Below are positions 38,505 through 48,282 of a stretch of DNA of 64,000 nucleotides, one piece after another. Both the position numbers and the translations under genes were made by a program. Source of the DNA: a virus. Taxonomy: Duplodnaviria > Caudoviricetes. The notes beneath the pieces are model-generated. The model ran no database searches. It was given only the letters and a program-made list of their open reading frames with translations, and was not told the origin of the DNA. Numbering within the stretch: the stretch's first letter is position 1; each line of letters begins with the position of its first letter. The stretch lies in IMG/VR virus record IMGVR_UViG_3300009158_002556, positions 1 to 64,000 of that record; one strand, written 5' to 3'.

Positions 38505-39072
38505 AACAATCGATTGATTCTTTTTTAATATCTTGTTCTTGCCAATTATCCCCTTTAAAAAAATTATAAATTGTATCTCGCAAATTACAAGATGGTTCTA
38601 CATTAAAATGTAGGTCATCTAACATAATTGTTCCTTTACTAGACAATCTTGATACTATATTTGGCAAATACTCAATTCTTTCTTCAATACATCCTAAATC
38701 ATGATATATAAAATCGTAATTGGTCAATGCAAAATTGTTTTTTATATCATCCCAATAAAATAAATTATCACAATTTAAATTATTTTCTATTAAATAATTT
38801 TTAGTTTTTTCCAACCAAAATTTATTTGTTTCAAATGTTGTAACATTAAAAGTTTTATTTTTTAATTCTCGTCTTATAAAATAAGAAGAAATACCAGATC
38901 CGGTATCTAGTATGGAATTAATTTCCACATTTCTTAAAAAATATATTAATAAAGCACATTGTTCAAATGAAGTTGCCATATCAGGGCTAGATATATTTGT
39001 AACATAATCCTTATATTCATTTGTTATTTCTGTTTTAATTAAATCTAATTTATTTATATCTATACTACTCAT
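38473..39072 (-). CDS. class I SAM-dependent methyltransferase
   Basis: ILDTGSGISS, TTFE, YDFIYHD, GTIMLDD. Confidence 0.8.
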   Translation of the reverse strand: MSSIDINKLDLIKTEITNEYKDYVTNISSPDMATSFEQCALLIYFLRNVEINSILDTGSGISSYFIRRELKNKTFNVTTFETNKFWLEKTKNYLIENNLNCDNLFYWDDIKNNFALTNYDFIYHDLGCIEERIEYLPNIVSRLSSKGTIMLDDLHFNVEPSCNLRDTIYNFFKGDNWQEQDIKKESIDCYGRYATIFKK

Positions 39073-39126
39073 ATAATTCTCTAAATTGTTTTGTTGGTAA
39101 TGTATTAATATTTATTTCATATTTAA

Positions 39127-39489
39127 TTAAAAAATCACATCCTCTTCTACTTTTATACCAACCAACATAACACCAAGTGAGCGTGAATCATTATTAACTT
39201 CATATGGCCGTTCTAATTTAAACTTAAAGTCAGTTTTGTCAGACATTTTAATTTTTACCACATTTAAACACTCAGTATTCAAGTCAATAGACTTATCTTC
39301 ATATATCAACTTGTTTTTGATGTTTGACATTATACTAAGTGTAATGTACTCAATATTATTGACAACTCCACTAAATTCTTGTGCGGTCCACATCCACTTA
39401 GTAAGTCGATCATTTTCAATTAAATAAACTCCATTAATCAACTTAAATTGTTTCTGTGTATTATTTATTGTATTATAATTTATCGTCAT
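39127..39489 (-). CDS. hypothetical beta-sandwich protein, possibly accessory to the upstream GT
   Basis: WMWT...DSRSLGVML; overlaps the 3' end of 39473..40888. Confidence 0.55.
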   Translation of the reverse strand: MTINYNTINNTQKQFKLINGVYLIENDRLTKWMWTAQEFSGVVNNIEYITLSIMSNIKNKLIYEDKSIDLNTECLNVVKIKMSDKTDFKFKLERPYEVNNDSRSLGVMLVGIKVEEDVIF

Positions 39490-40888
39490 AACATTTTTTC
39501 ATTAATTCATAAGCATGATCTAAATCAGGATATGCCCACTCTTGGTCACTAGAATAATTATTACTAAACGACTCCATTCCACTTACTTTATTTAGTTTAT
39601 AGTTGACCAATCCTTTGTAATCTTTGCCAAGAAATTCAACAGGAGCACTATAACCAGTTGTTACCACCATATTTCCATGATGATATGCATCAAATATAGT
39701 TAAACCAAATCCCTCACCCTTATTCAAACTCACATAACAGTCGCAGAAACTGTGTAATGATAATATCTCTCTGTTACTTAAGTTGTTTAATATCAAGAAG
39801 ATATTTTCAGATAGTTTACTAGTTAATTTTCTTATAGTATCAATACAATATACTAAACTAGTATCATCATATGTTTTATAATGTAGTTTCAAAACAAGTT
39901 GGGTATCTGGATGTGAATCATTTAATTTATCAAATACCTTTACCAAATCTTCTATACCCTTTCTGAAATTAAGTTCTCCAATACTATAAAAGGTATATTT
40001 GTCTGAAGGAATAATCTTACCAAAACAATCCTTGATATTTATATCACTCTTATTAAATCTTGGTTGTGGATGCCATATATGAGGCACAACTTTAATATCA
40101 GATTTAACCCCACTATTAATAAAACACTCTTTATTAAAATAAGAAGGTACCCACACCTCTGATGCCAGATTAATCTTATCTACCCAATCAGTTGGTAGTT
40201 TATTTGTTTCCCAAGTACAATATCCAACATATCTACTATCATTCTTAATATATCTATCCCATATATCGGGTGTGCTATGTACAATAGTCAAATCAATATT
40301 ATCTAACTTTTTGTCAACAACAGATTCAGCCAAAACATCCACGTAGTAATTATTATCGTTCTTACTATTGTCAAATTTGAGTGGTTTCCATGATATGTTA
40401 ACCCCCTTCAAAACATAGTCTGCAATATAACCTTTTGCTGCGGATGCATATCCACATGTACCATATTGACCAATATAAAGCAATCCTTTGTCTTTAACGT
40501 TAAAGGTAGAGTTTGTAACTTTCAAAACATCTGAAGTTGTCGTGTAAAAACTTTTAAATGGAAAATTATTATCAAAATAAACTATAGCATTATAAAAACA
40601 TCCATAAGTATCATAATAACTCAACAACTTATTGATCATCAGTGTATTGAACTTCTTTTTATCATACGTTGAGTTTATAAACATCAACAATCCACTTTTA
40701 TAAGACTCAAATATCAATCGTAGTGTCATGTGTGATAAATGATCCAAGTCATCAACCACAAATATGTTTTCTTGATTATACTCTTCGGTTTCTACAGAGA
40801 ATCGTTGTTCCGCTAATATAACAAAAGAATTCCCACTTTTGGCGAGAATTCTTTGGACATTGTCAGATGAATGTTTTGTTACTATCAT
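39473..40888 (-). CDS. GT-B (GT4-like) glycosyltransferase with N-terminal extension
   Basis: CGYASAAK, CTWETNK, VWVPSYFN, RKGIEDLVKVF, NKGEGFGL; paralog of 25128..26486. Confidence 0.82.
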   Translation of the reverse strand: MIVTKHSSDNVQRILAKSGNSFVILAEQRFSVETEEYNQENIFVVDDLDHLSHMTLRLIFESYKSGLLMFINSTYDKKKFNTLMINKLLSYYDTYGCFYNAIVYFDNNFPFKSFYTTTSDVLKVTNSTFNVKDKGLLYIGQYGTCGYASAAKGYIADYVLKGVNISWKPLKFDNSKNDNNYYVDVLAESVVDKKLDNIDLTIVHSTPDIWDRYIKNDSRYVGYCTWETNKLPTDWVDKINLASEVWVPSYFNKECFINSGVKSDIKVVPHIWHPQPRFNKSDINIKDCFGKIIPSDKYTFYSIGELNFRKGIEDLVKVFDKLNDSHPDTQLVLKLHYKTYDDTSLVYCIDTIRKLTSKLSENIFLILNNLSNREILSLHSFCDCYVSLNKGEGFGLTIFDAYHHGNMVVTTGYSAPVEFLGKDYKGLVNYKLNKVSGMESFSNNYSSDQEWAYPDLDHAYELMKKCYDDKL

Positions 40889-41838
40889 TTACTTATAACT
40901 TTTATCAGTTTTGCGATACAAGCCATAAACGTAATTTCTTTGTCTACAACCATCGCACTCTGATAAATACTCTCAGATACTTCTATAATAACATTTATTT
41001 GTTTATCCGAAGCAAAATCTTCAGCACGATCATACAACTCGGTGTATAGTTCTTCAAACATCTTAATACCCGAATCGTTTACCATCTGACGAATCTCATT
41101 AAATGCTTTCGGATTATTTTTACAATTCTTAAGAGAAATAATTAATTTATTCTTAAGATCAATATTAGCACTCTGAGTATCTACCAATTTCAAAGTATCA
41201 CTGGTACTACTTTGTTGTAAGAAATTGACAATCTTACGTATATCTGGATACAAGGCCTTGGTAACACTAGCAATATCAGGCATAGTATACGTGACACTTT
41301 CATTATCCAAAATAGTTTTGACATAAACCGCTACATCTTTCATTGCGGGTGGTTCTAGTCTAAATACTTGACTACGACTGATAAGAGGAGCAATGATCTT
41401 TTCTACATAATTACAAGTAAGAATGAATCGGGTACTCTTACTATAGGTTTCCATCAAATTACGAAGTGATGCTTGAGAATTGGTTGACATATAATCAGCC
41501 TCATCCAAAATAACCACTTTGAGTTCATGAAAACCCATAGAACAAGCAAATGGCTTAATCTTATCACGAACGAAGTCTACACCAGTATTGTCAGATGCGT
41601 TAACATACATGACATCACATGGAATATTCTTTGTCAGAATCTTAGCAAGAGTAGTCTTACCAGTACCAGCACTACCATGAAATAATAGATGTGGTATGTC
41701 CTTACGTGAAATGAAATCTCTTACAATGTCACGTAACTGATCACCACAAATATAATTGTCGATTGTATCTGGACGATACTTTTCAACCCAAAGTGAATGA
41801 TCTTTCTTTTCTACAACTTCTTCTTGAAAAAAACTCAT
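40885..41838 (-). CDS. clamp loader AAA+ subunit (T4 gp44 / RFC-like)
   Basis: WVEKYRP, LLFHGSAGTGKTT, NASD, ILDEADYM, FILTCNY, YPDIRK. Confidence 0.92.
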   Translation of the reverse strand: MSFFQEEVVEKKDHSLWVEKYRPDTIDNYICGDQLRDIVRDFISRKDIPHLLFHGSAGTGKTTLAKILTKNIPCDVMYVNASDNTGVDFVRDKIKPFACSMGFHELKVVILDEADYMSTNSQASLRNLMETYSKSTRFILTCNYVEKIIAPLISRSQVFRLEPPAMKDVAVYVKTILDNESVTYTMPDIASVTKALYPDIRKIVNFLQQSSTSDTLKLVDTQSANIDLKNKLIISLKNCKNNPKAFNEIRQMVNDSGIKMFEELYTELYDRAEDFASDKQINVIIEVSESIYQSAMVVDKEITFMACIAKLIKVISK

Positions 41839-41844
41839 AATTTA

Positions 41845-42582
41845 TTAAGATACGTTCTTAATTTCCAACAGATAATAATTGCTATTGAATGATTCGTTAT
41901 CAAACTCAACATGTGCAATACCAGAATCACTTACCTTCAATACAGCATTCTCACAATCTGAATTACTTGTCAAAATCTCTTTTAGATACTTAGCATTATA
42001 ATGTAGAATCTTACCAAGACTATCCTTACCTTCTATAGTCTTGATATCCAGGTTAATACGATTGCTGTTGGTATTACTAAATCCAAGTATCATCTTGATC
42101 TTACCATTCTTGTCCTTAGTCAATGTCAAAATATCTACATCAGTCAAAGCACTCTTAGCCTTTACGAATGTAGAAACAAACTCCTTGGTCAATGGAATTT
42201 CCAAATTAAAAACAGGCATCTTCTTCAATGTTGGAACTGGAGGAATAACACTTAGATCTGCGGTAACATATTGTACCTCAGTACCTTCACTGGTTAGTGT
42301 AATTGATGTAATCTTATCATTGGTTGTATTTGGAACAATTTCTACTTCATCTCCCAATACACCCAACATCTTCTTAAGTTTGGCAGTATCATTTACACCA
42401 AACTCAACATCTGATAGTTTTGCAGCATCTTTCAAGGTTACAAATGCCAAGATATTCTTGTCATCGCTCGTTGATGATGTTTTGATTTGATTGTCAGCGG
42501 ATACTACTGACCACTTTACGCTTTCGATTAACCCGTTTAGGGAATACTTGTCTGTGAATGAATTAATTAGTTGTTTTTTCAT
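41845..42582 (-). CDS. sliding clamp (T4 gp45-like)
   Basis: 245 aa repeated beta-alpha-beta architecture; located between polymerase and clamp loader. Confidence 0.7.
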   Translation of the reverse strand: MKKQLINSFTDKYSLNGLIESVKWSVVSADNQIKTSSTSDDKNILAFVTLKDAAKLSDVEFGVNDTAKLKKMLGVLGDEVEIVPNTTNDKITSITLTSEGTEVQYVTADLSVIPPVPTLKKMPVFNLEIPLTKEFVSTFVKAKSALTDVDILTLTKDKNGKIKMILGFSNTNSNRINLDIKTIEGKDSLGKILHYNAKYLKEILTSNSDCENAVLKVSDSGIAHVEFDNESFNSNYYLLEIKNVS

Positions 42583-42591
42583 AACTTATCT

Positions 42592-42620
42592 AGGTTACCA
42601 CACCGATCTGTTTTTGTCAA
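42592..42620 (-). promoter_or_regulatory. sigma70-like promoter TTGACA-N17-TAACCT with extended -10 TG
   Basis: Plus strand reads AGGTTA at 42592-42597 and TGTCAA at 42615-42620, 9 nt upstream of the clamp ATG. Confidence 0.6.
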
Positions 42621-43030
42621 ATTGTTTCAAAAAATTCTGATGGAACTTCACTTACATATTTTTGTTTGGTACATGTACTTAATCCGATATCAGACATTGT
42701 ATACAAATCATCTGGGGAAATATAGAAATACTCAATTCTATACTCAGCATATGCTACACTTCTCATTTGATAATACACCTTTACGTTTGATGCATCGTTG
42801 GTTCTAAACTCAATGTAATATACTTTGGGATCTGATAATCTATATAATTGGTTCTTTGGTATATACAATTGATTTAAATGTATATCATCCTTGCTAAATT
42901 CTACATATGGGCCACGTTGGCCAATTACTACACGTTGGTATTTATCAGCAATTAGTGTTGAATTCTTGGTATATAAACCAAATCTTTTTCCCTCAATAGG
43001 GATGTTCAGTAAATCTTCGTATTTTTTCAT
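42617..43030 (-). CDS. conserved hypothetical protein
   Basis: RVVIGQRGPYVEF...VAYAEY...YISP. Confidence 0.65.
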   Translation of the reverse strand: MKKYEDLLNIPIEGKRFGLYTKNSTLIADKYQRVVIGQRGPYVEFSKDDIHLNQLYIPKNQLYRLSDPKVYYIEFRTNDASNVKVYYQMRSVAYAEYRIEYFYISPDDLYTMSDIGLSTCTKQKYVSEVPSEFFETI

Positions 43031-43036
43031 AACAAT

Positions 43037-45697
43037 TTAAAAACTAAAAAACTCATCTAAGGTCACGTGTGATTGACTAGGATAAGACCAATTCAAAATA
43101 TTGTAAAAGTCTAGTAATTTACCCTTGAGTTCTTGTTCATACATAGCATTTCTATCAACATATAGATTGATAAACTCCATAATACGATCTGGATCTGTAC
43201 CATCCGCCTTCATAGCAATACATTCACATCCAAACTCATTTTGTTTAAGATAAACCCATTTAATCTTTTGTCCATTATAAATTGGCGGAATAGCCTTATC
43301 AAGATCCCAATGATGTAATAAGTCATTGTAAAACAAAGCAGCTTTTGCTTGTGCAGTTGTACCCTTGATATACTTGAACTTGTTACGAGTCTTTGGATTA
43401 TAATCAATCTTTGATTCACCACCACTCTTGAACTTAACACTGGTATTCTTAGCTATTTCAATAACAATAGAATTAATCAAATTGTTTTCCAAGAAATTTA
43501 ATATGTTTTTATCAATAGTACCCTTCTCAGTTTTTCTCAAAATATCACTCAAGAACTTTTCCATGAATTTGCGAAACTGAATTGGAAATGAAGTACGAAC
43601 TACGTCAATACCCTTTACTTCCATTTCATCACATTCAATACCACCTTTGTTGATAATAAGCTGAGCATAACGTTTTTTAGCCAACCAAAAACCAGTTTTG
43701 GCAATAACTTCTTGTTTTGCGTCAAATCGATGTTTTTGAATATTAAACATACGATCCGCCATGATATCGAAAGTTTTGTTGACATGAGATTGAACCTCGC
43801 CACAAACCTTCAAGATAGCATCAGTCATCGACTTTTCATCGTTAATATCAGTATCTGGCATCGTCTTTTGAATGATAGGCAAAGCGCTAGCAAAACAAGA
43901 GTCGGTATCAACATAAATAACATAATCATTATTTTCACTTTCTTCTAATACACGCTTGTAGTATTGATTAATAGCTTTATTGGCTGTCTTAATAATATCC
44001 TGACCAGTTATGGTAACAGCGCTCGCATTATCCTTGTCATAAAATCTAAATATCGGTAAACCCAATACACCATAGATTGAATTAAGTAAAACTTTTTGTA
44101 CTTTTTGACGTTGTTCATAAAACTCATACATTTCCCATTCTTTTAAATCCGCGTGTTTCTTGGCCAATTTACGCATTTCTTTACGTTCATCGAACCACTT
44201 TACAAGAATCTCTGGAATAACTCCATCAACATCCTTGTGATATAATACACCATTACTAGCAATACTGAGTCTAGACTCGTTTACTAACTTTTTGAATTCA
44301 TCATTGTTATACACACCACCACCAATATGATAGTTAGAAATACGATTTTGTGTAAACATCTTTGCATTATATTGATTCAAACGTTGTTCGATATAACTAT
44401 CCAATGGTGTTTGTTTCTGAGTACTATCACTCAGATTGTTAAATTCCTCAACCAAGTCAGCTCGTCTTTCTTTTAGAAATGATTCATCAAATTCAATTTT
44501 ATGAATAACAGCTACTTTAGTCTCTGGACTGATGTTAAGACTGATGATGATATTCGGATACATTGATGTAAGATCCAAGTCAAACACCCAATCGTAACGG
44601 CCAGGAACAGGAGATTTAACATACGCACCCTCAAATCCCTCTTCTCCATCTTCTTTTTGACTTTCATATTCTTCATTACCATCTACAGGTTTATTCTTAG
44701 CTACTTGTCCTTTACGGCGTAGATACATAAGAATAGCACCCTCAATGAATCGTGAACTCTTTGGATAACAATCATATGGTACGTGTCCTTTGTGACAAAT
44801 AGCCCTCGCTAGTTCAATAAATTGTTTCTTCTTTTCCAATGCTACAATAATCTTAACGTCGTTCAAGTTATATTCAAGATACTTGTTGATATCTTGTTTA
44901 TACAAATCATCGAGACTACCACGATAGGCAATCTTTTCCATACCAACGACTTTCTTACCAATAGCTCCTAAAGCATAACTAGCCTCTTGTTTAATATTTA
45001 GCTTCTTGTATAGATCCATATAATCAATATGTGTTACACCAGCGATTACAAGTTTTTTACTCCAATCGTTGATATAAGTCACACCAATTGGACTCATACG
45101 TTTAGCTTGTGATTGACCAATTACACTCTTCATTCGACGATACAAATAAGGCATATCGAATTGATCACTATTCCAACCAGTTACAATAGTTGGTTGAATT
45201 TCTTCCCACTTGGTAACGAAATGAGACAACAGACTTTCTTCATCTGTAAAACTACGAACATCAACATTGTCTTGAGAAAAATCCTGAAGTTTATTGTCTC
45301 GATCTAAAATAAATGCTGTGTATCTTTCAAGGCCACTATCATATATGGCAATTGCTGTGATTTCTTTATCAGCCGTTTCAACATTCGGAAAGCCACCTTC
45401 CGAACTAGTTTCGATATCAAGGTACAAAACCCGATGACCTACAGATAGATCATCAGTATCTTCATATGCATCTATAAGAATACGAGTTTCAATAGGAACA
45501 TCAGATTCAAATAGTGATGGATCTCTTGGATTGAAGGAATAAATCTTTTCCAATTCCTCTCCAAAAATACTCTTATACTTACCACCCTCACGCTTTCTAT
45601 AAGCATATGGTCTAAACACAAAGTTGGTATAACCCTGTTTATCATCCCAAAGATGACAGGTATTTGTTTTTTTATCGAAAAAGATGTTCTGATACAT
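43037..45697 (-). CDS. polB: family B DNA polymerase (T4 gp43-like)
   Basis: ExoI DIETS, ExoII WNSDQFDMPY, ExoIII YNLND, motif A DLTSMYP, motif B KVLLNSIYG, motif C YVDTDS, AKKRY. Confidence 0.95.
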   Translation of the reverse strand: MYQNIFFDKKTNTCHLWDDKQGYTNFVFRPYAYRKREGGKYKSIFGEELEKIYSFNPRDPSLFESDVPIETRILIDAYEDTDDLSVGHRVLYLDIETSSEGGFPNVETADKEITAIAIYDSGLERYTAFILDRDNKLQDFSQDNVDVRSFTDEESLLSHFVTKWEEIQPTIVTGWNSDQFDMPYLYRRMKSVIGQSQAKRMSPIGVTYINDWSKKLVIAGVTHIDYMDLYKKLNIKQEASYALGAIGKKVVGMEKIAYRGSLDDLYKQDINKYLEYNLNDVKIIVALEKKKQFIELARAICHKGHVPYDCYPKSSRFIEGAILMYLRRKGQVAKNKPVDGNEEYESQKEDGEEGFEGAYVKSPVPGRYDWVFDLDLTSMYPNIIISLNISPETKVAVIHKIEFDESFLKERRADLVEEFNNLSDSTQKQTPLDSYIEQRLNQYNAKMFTQNRISNYHIGGGVYNNDEFKKLVNESRLSIASNGVLYHKDVDGVIPEILVKWFDERKEMRKLAKKHADLKEWEMYEFYEQRQKVQKVLLNSIYGVLGLPIFRFYDKDNASAVTITGQDIIKTANKAINQYYKRVLEESENNDYVIYVDTDSCFASALPIIQKTMPDTDINDEKSMTDAILKVCGEVQSHVNKTFDIMADRMFNIQKHRFDAKQEVIAKTGFWLAKKRYAQLIINKGGIECDEMEVKGIDVVRTSFPIQFRKFMEKFLSDILRKTEKGTIDKNILNFLENNLINSIVIEIAKNTSVKFKSGGESKIDYNPKTRNKFKYIKGTTAQAKAALFYNDLLHHWDLDKAIPPIYNGQKIKWVYLKQNEFGCECIAMKADGTDPDRIMEFINLYVDRNAMYEQELKGKLLDFYNILNWSYPSQSHVTLDEFFSF

Positions 45698-45703
45698 ACC
45701 CAG

Positions 45704-45934
45704 TTATCTTACATTCAATTTGCCCATAAGTCCATCATAAACTTGTTGATGTTCGTCTTTAACGTGAACTTTACACTGATTCAACCGATTCATTAACTTT
45801 TTGTGGTTGATTGATGTAAATAATATGGGTTCTAATTCTATTTCTTTTAATATCGACGGATTTACTTTATTTATACAAAACCACAACATCGATAATTCGT
45901 CTTCAGTCAAAGATTTTAATTGATCTATCGTCAT
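45704..45934 (-). CDS. hypothetical protein
   Basis: ORF track; stop 6 nt before the polB start. Confidence 0.6.
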   Translation of the reverse strand: MTIDQLKSLTEDELSMLWFCINKVNPSILKEIELEPILFTSINHKKLMNRLNQCKVHVKDEHQQVYDGLMGKLNVR

Positions 45935-45947
45935 AACTTCTATATAT

Positions 45948-46574
45948 ATGACAAATAGTTTTATGAAAAATGACGAAGTTAAAAATGTTGTAGATTATTG
46001 TTTAAACAATTATATCATTGATAGATGTTACATCCAACAAGTAAAAGAAGAATTTACTTTGTTAGCATATTTCCTGAATTCGTTTAAACCCCACAACATT
46101 CTTGAAATAGGATGTAAGGGTGGAACATTTTATATGTTTAACAAGTTTTCCACTGGTAAAAAAATTGGTCTGGACATCGATGATCAATATCTACAAAACA
46201 TCTATTTTTATATGTATGGTGAAGATTTTACATTTATAAAAGCTAATTCACAAACTGAAGAAACTGTTCGTTCAATTGAAAATATATGTAATCAATTTGA
46301 TTTTATATTCATCGATGGAGATCATAGTTACGAAGGAGTTAAACGTGACTTTGAATTATACAAAAAGTTTTTGAGTCCAAGAGGTTATATTGGATTTCAT
46401 GATATAGATCCAAACCATGTGTTCAGAGATGGCCCCGGCGGTCAAGTATACAAATTTTGGCAAGAACTTGATTATGGTAGCAAAACTGAAATACTCTGTC
46501 AACGATCCACCGCTAAATATTCAATGTATGGTCAGCAAGTTCACTATGGTGGTATTGGTTTATGGCAACCCTAA
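45948..46574 (+). CDS. class I SAM-dependent methyltransferase
   Basis: ILEIGCKGGT, FDFIFIDGDHSYEGVKRDF, GYIGFHD. Confidence 0.88.
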   Translation: MTNSFMKNDEVKNVVDYCLNNYIIDRCYIQQVKEEFTLLAYFLNSFKPHNILEIGCKGGTFYMFNKFSTGKKIGLDIDDQYLQNIYFYMYGEDFTFIKANSQTEETVRSIENICNQFDFIFIDGDHSYEGVKRDFELYKKFLSPRGYIGFHDIDPNHVFRDGPGGQVYKFWQELDYGSKTEILCQRSTAKYSMYGQQVHYGGIGLWQP

Positions 46575-47297
46575 CTTAACACCAAAAATATTTGATCCAT
46601 AATTAATAAAGATTGTATCCTTTAATTTACGTTGGAGGTTTTCAATCTCTTTGACGTGTACTTGTTTTTCTTCATCTTCTACTTCCTTAACACTAAATGA
46701 ATTGCCAAACGTACTAACTGTACTTTCTCTAGGACTTAATGTTACATGTGGAGTAATAACTAAATAGTCTCCCTCTTTCAAATCTTTCTTCTTTTTAGAC
46801 TTATTATCATACACAATAGCCTTACCTTCTACAACATATACATGGGTATACTTTTCACCAGCCTTAATGAATAGTTTGGCTTTATCATACGCAATATTTC
46901 CTACACCTGTACCAATAATACTTGTTTTATCAGATTCAGATACCACATACAATTGTCCCAATAATGAAAAGTTAAATGATGCATCTTTTACTTTAACCAC
47001 GTGTGGTACATTAGATTCAACATATGTAACTACGTCACCATTAAAATAAACCGAACTACCTTCTGATTGTGTAAAAGCAATACGATGTGGTACCATATAA
47101 CTAACCACACCATTTGTTTCAGTCTTTATGCTCAAACCATTGGTTAGTGAAAATGTTATGCCTGAAACACAAACCTTATCATTTAGTTTATTATCAACAA
47201 CTTCTGATACTCCCACATTACCACCAAAGTCATACAACATGATATTATTTGCGAGAAGTGATAATGAACTTAATAAAATTAATAATACTTTTTTCAT
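46560..47297 (-). CDS. secreted FecR-like beta-sandwich protein
   Basis: Signal-peptide-like MKKVLLILLSSLSLLA; beta-rich body with THVYVVEGKA...LKEG; TATTTATT 5 nt upstream. Confidence 0.5.
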   Translation of the reverse strand: MKKVLLILLSSLSLLANNIMLYDFGGNVGVSEVVDNKLNDKVCVSGITFSLTNGLSIKTETNGVVSYMVPHRIAFTQSEGSSVYFNGDVVTYVESNVPHVVKVKDASFNFSLLGQLYVVSESDKTSIIGTGVGNIAYDKAKLFIKAGEKYTHVYVVEGKAIVYDNKSKKKKDLKEGDYLVITPHVTLSPRESTVSTFGNSFSVKEVEDEEKQVHVKEIENLQRKLKDTIFINYGSNIFGVKLGLP

Positions 47298-47321
47298 ATG
47301 CTAATAAATAGTTGTTATAAA

Positions 47322-47347
47322 TTGACGAACGTTACTTATGGTATACT
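47322..47347 (+). promoter_or_regulatory. sigma70-like promoter (TTGACG; extended -10 TGgTATACT)
   Basis: TTGACG at 47322-47327, TATACT at 47342-47347, ATG at 47356; spacing is non-canonical. Confidence 0.4.
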
Positions 47348-47355
47348 ATGAATCT

Positions 47356-48234
47356 ATGGAAGTACAAGAAATAAAAAAGAATCGAGTCAGTTTTAGTCAG
47401 TATTCAACTTATTTGAAATGTCCACATAAATGGTATCTAGACTACGCGAAGAACTTACGCACCAGAGATGATAGTATCCACACCACCTTTGGTACCGCAA
47501 TTCATCATGCGTTTCAAACATATCTGACTTCCCTATACAATGAAGGAGTAGGTATTGCCGATTCTATGGATGTAAAGAAATTATTCTTGGACAAGTTCAA
47601 TGAAGAAATCAAAAAGGTAAAAGATCTAAAAGAAGACGATGTTACCGAGTTTATATTTGATGGTCATGATATCATTGATACCTTCTGTAAGTCCGCAAAT
47701 AGATTAAAACACTTTCCTACCAATGATTATGACCTAATAGGTATTGAAATCCCTCTAGAAATCGCAATCAAAAATAATGTAAACTTCGTTGGATTCGTAG
47801 ATATTATCCTCAAGGAAAAGAACAAAGAGTATTACAAGATCATCGACTTTAAAACAAGCAGTAGTGGTTGGAATAGTTACATGAAGGAAGATGAAAGCAA
47901 AATCGCTCAGCTTCATCTATACAAATCAGTCTATAGCAAGAAGTTTAATGTTCCACTCAATAGTATTGAAGTAGAATTCTTTATTGTTAAACGTAAACTC
48001 TATGAAAATGTAAGCTACCCACAAAGCAGAATTCAAATATTCAAACCTGCATCCGGTCCTGCATCAATCAAGGAATCCATCAATAGCTTCATTGAATTCT
48101 TAAATCATAGCTTCAAAGAAGATGGTACCTATAACTTAGAAAATCAATATATTAAGATTCCAGGCAACGCAAAAAAGAATTGTAAGTATTGTACTCATCA
48201 CAAAAAACTATGTGATGGCAAAGCCAGCAAATAA
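47356..48234 (+). CDS. PD-(D/E)XK exonuclease (RecB/Cas4-like)
   Basis: SFSQY...CP; FGTAIH; GIE; GFVDII; IIDFKT; QLHLY; CKYC...C. Confidence 0.85.
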   Translation: MEVQEIKKNRVSFSQYSTYLKCPHKWYLDYAKNLRTRDDSIHTTFGTAIHHAFQTYLTSLYNEGVGIADSMDVKKLFLDKFNEEIKKVKDLKEDDVTEFIFDGHDIIDTFCKSANRLKHFPTNDYDLIGIEIPLEIAIKNNVNFVGFVDIILKEKNKEYYKIIDFKTSSSGWNSYMKEDESKIAQLHLYKSVYSKKFNVPLNSIEVEFFIVKRKLYENVSYPQSRIQIFKPASGPASIKESINSFIEFLNHSFKEDGTYNLENQYIKIPGNAKKNCKYCTHHKKLCDGKASK

Positions 48235-48251
48235 AAATATCACATTTGTGA

Positions 48252-48279
48252 ATATTTACATATGTATATATGTAAATAT
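48252..48279. repeat. perfect 12-bp inverted repeat, putative operator
   Basis: ATATTTACATAT-gtat-ATATGTAAATAT, ending 3 nt before ATG 48283. Confidence 0.85.
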
Positions 48280-48282
48280 GTT

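Noticed and set aside
39073-39120. In-frame ATG-AAA-TAA upstream of the 38473..39072 methyltransferase, suggesting readthrough
   Set aside because: The 16-codon extension has no recognisable features and is easily explained by chance in AT-rich DNA
40885-45697. Giant eukaryotic virus (NCLDV) origin suggested by the glyco genes
   Set aside because: Sigma70-like promoters, ATGA-coupled operons, a gp45-like clamp and a lysozyme domain point to a bacteriophage
43037-45697. Intein or intron in DNA polymerase
   Set aside because: 886 aa with all exonuclease and polymerase motifs colinear and no splice-junction motifs
47356-48234. Cas4-like nuclease as a sign of a CRISPR system
   Set aside because: No repeat-spacer array or other cas genes were seen; stand-alone PD-(D/E)XK exonucleases are common in phages
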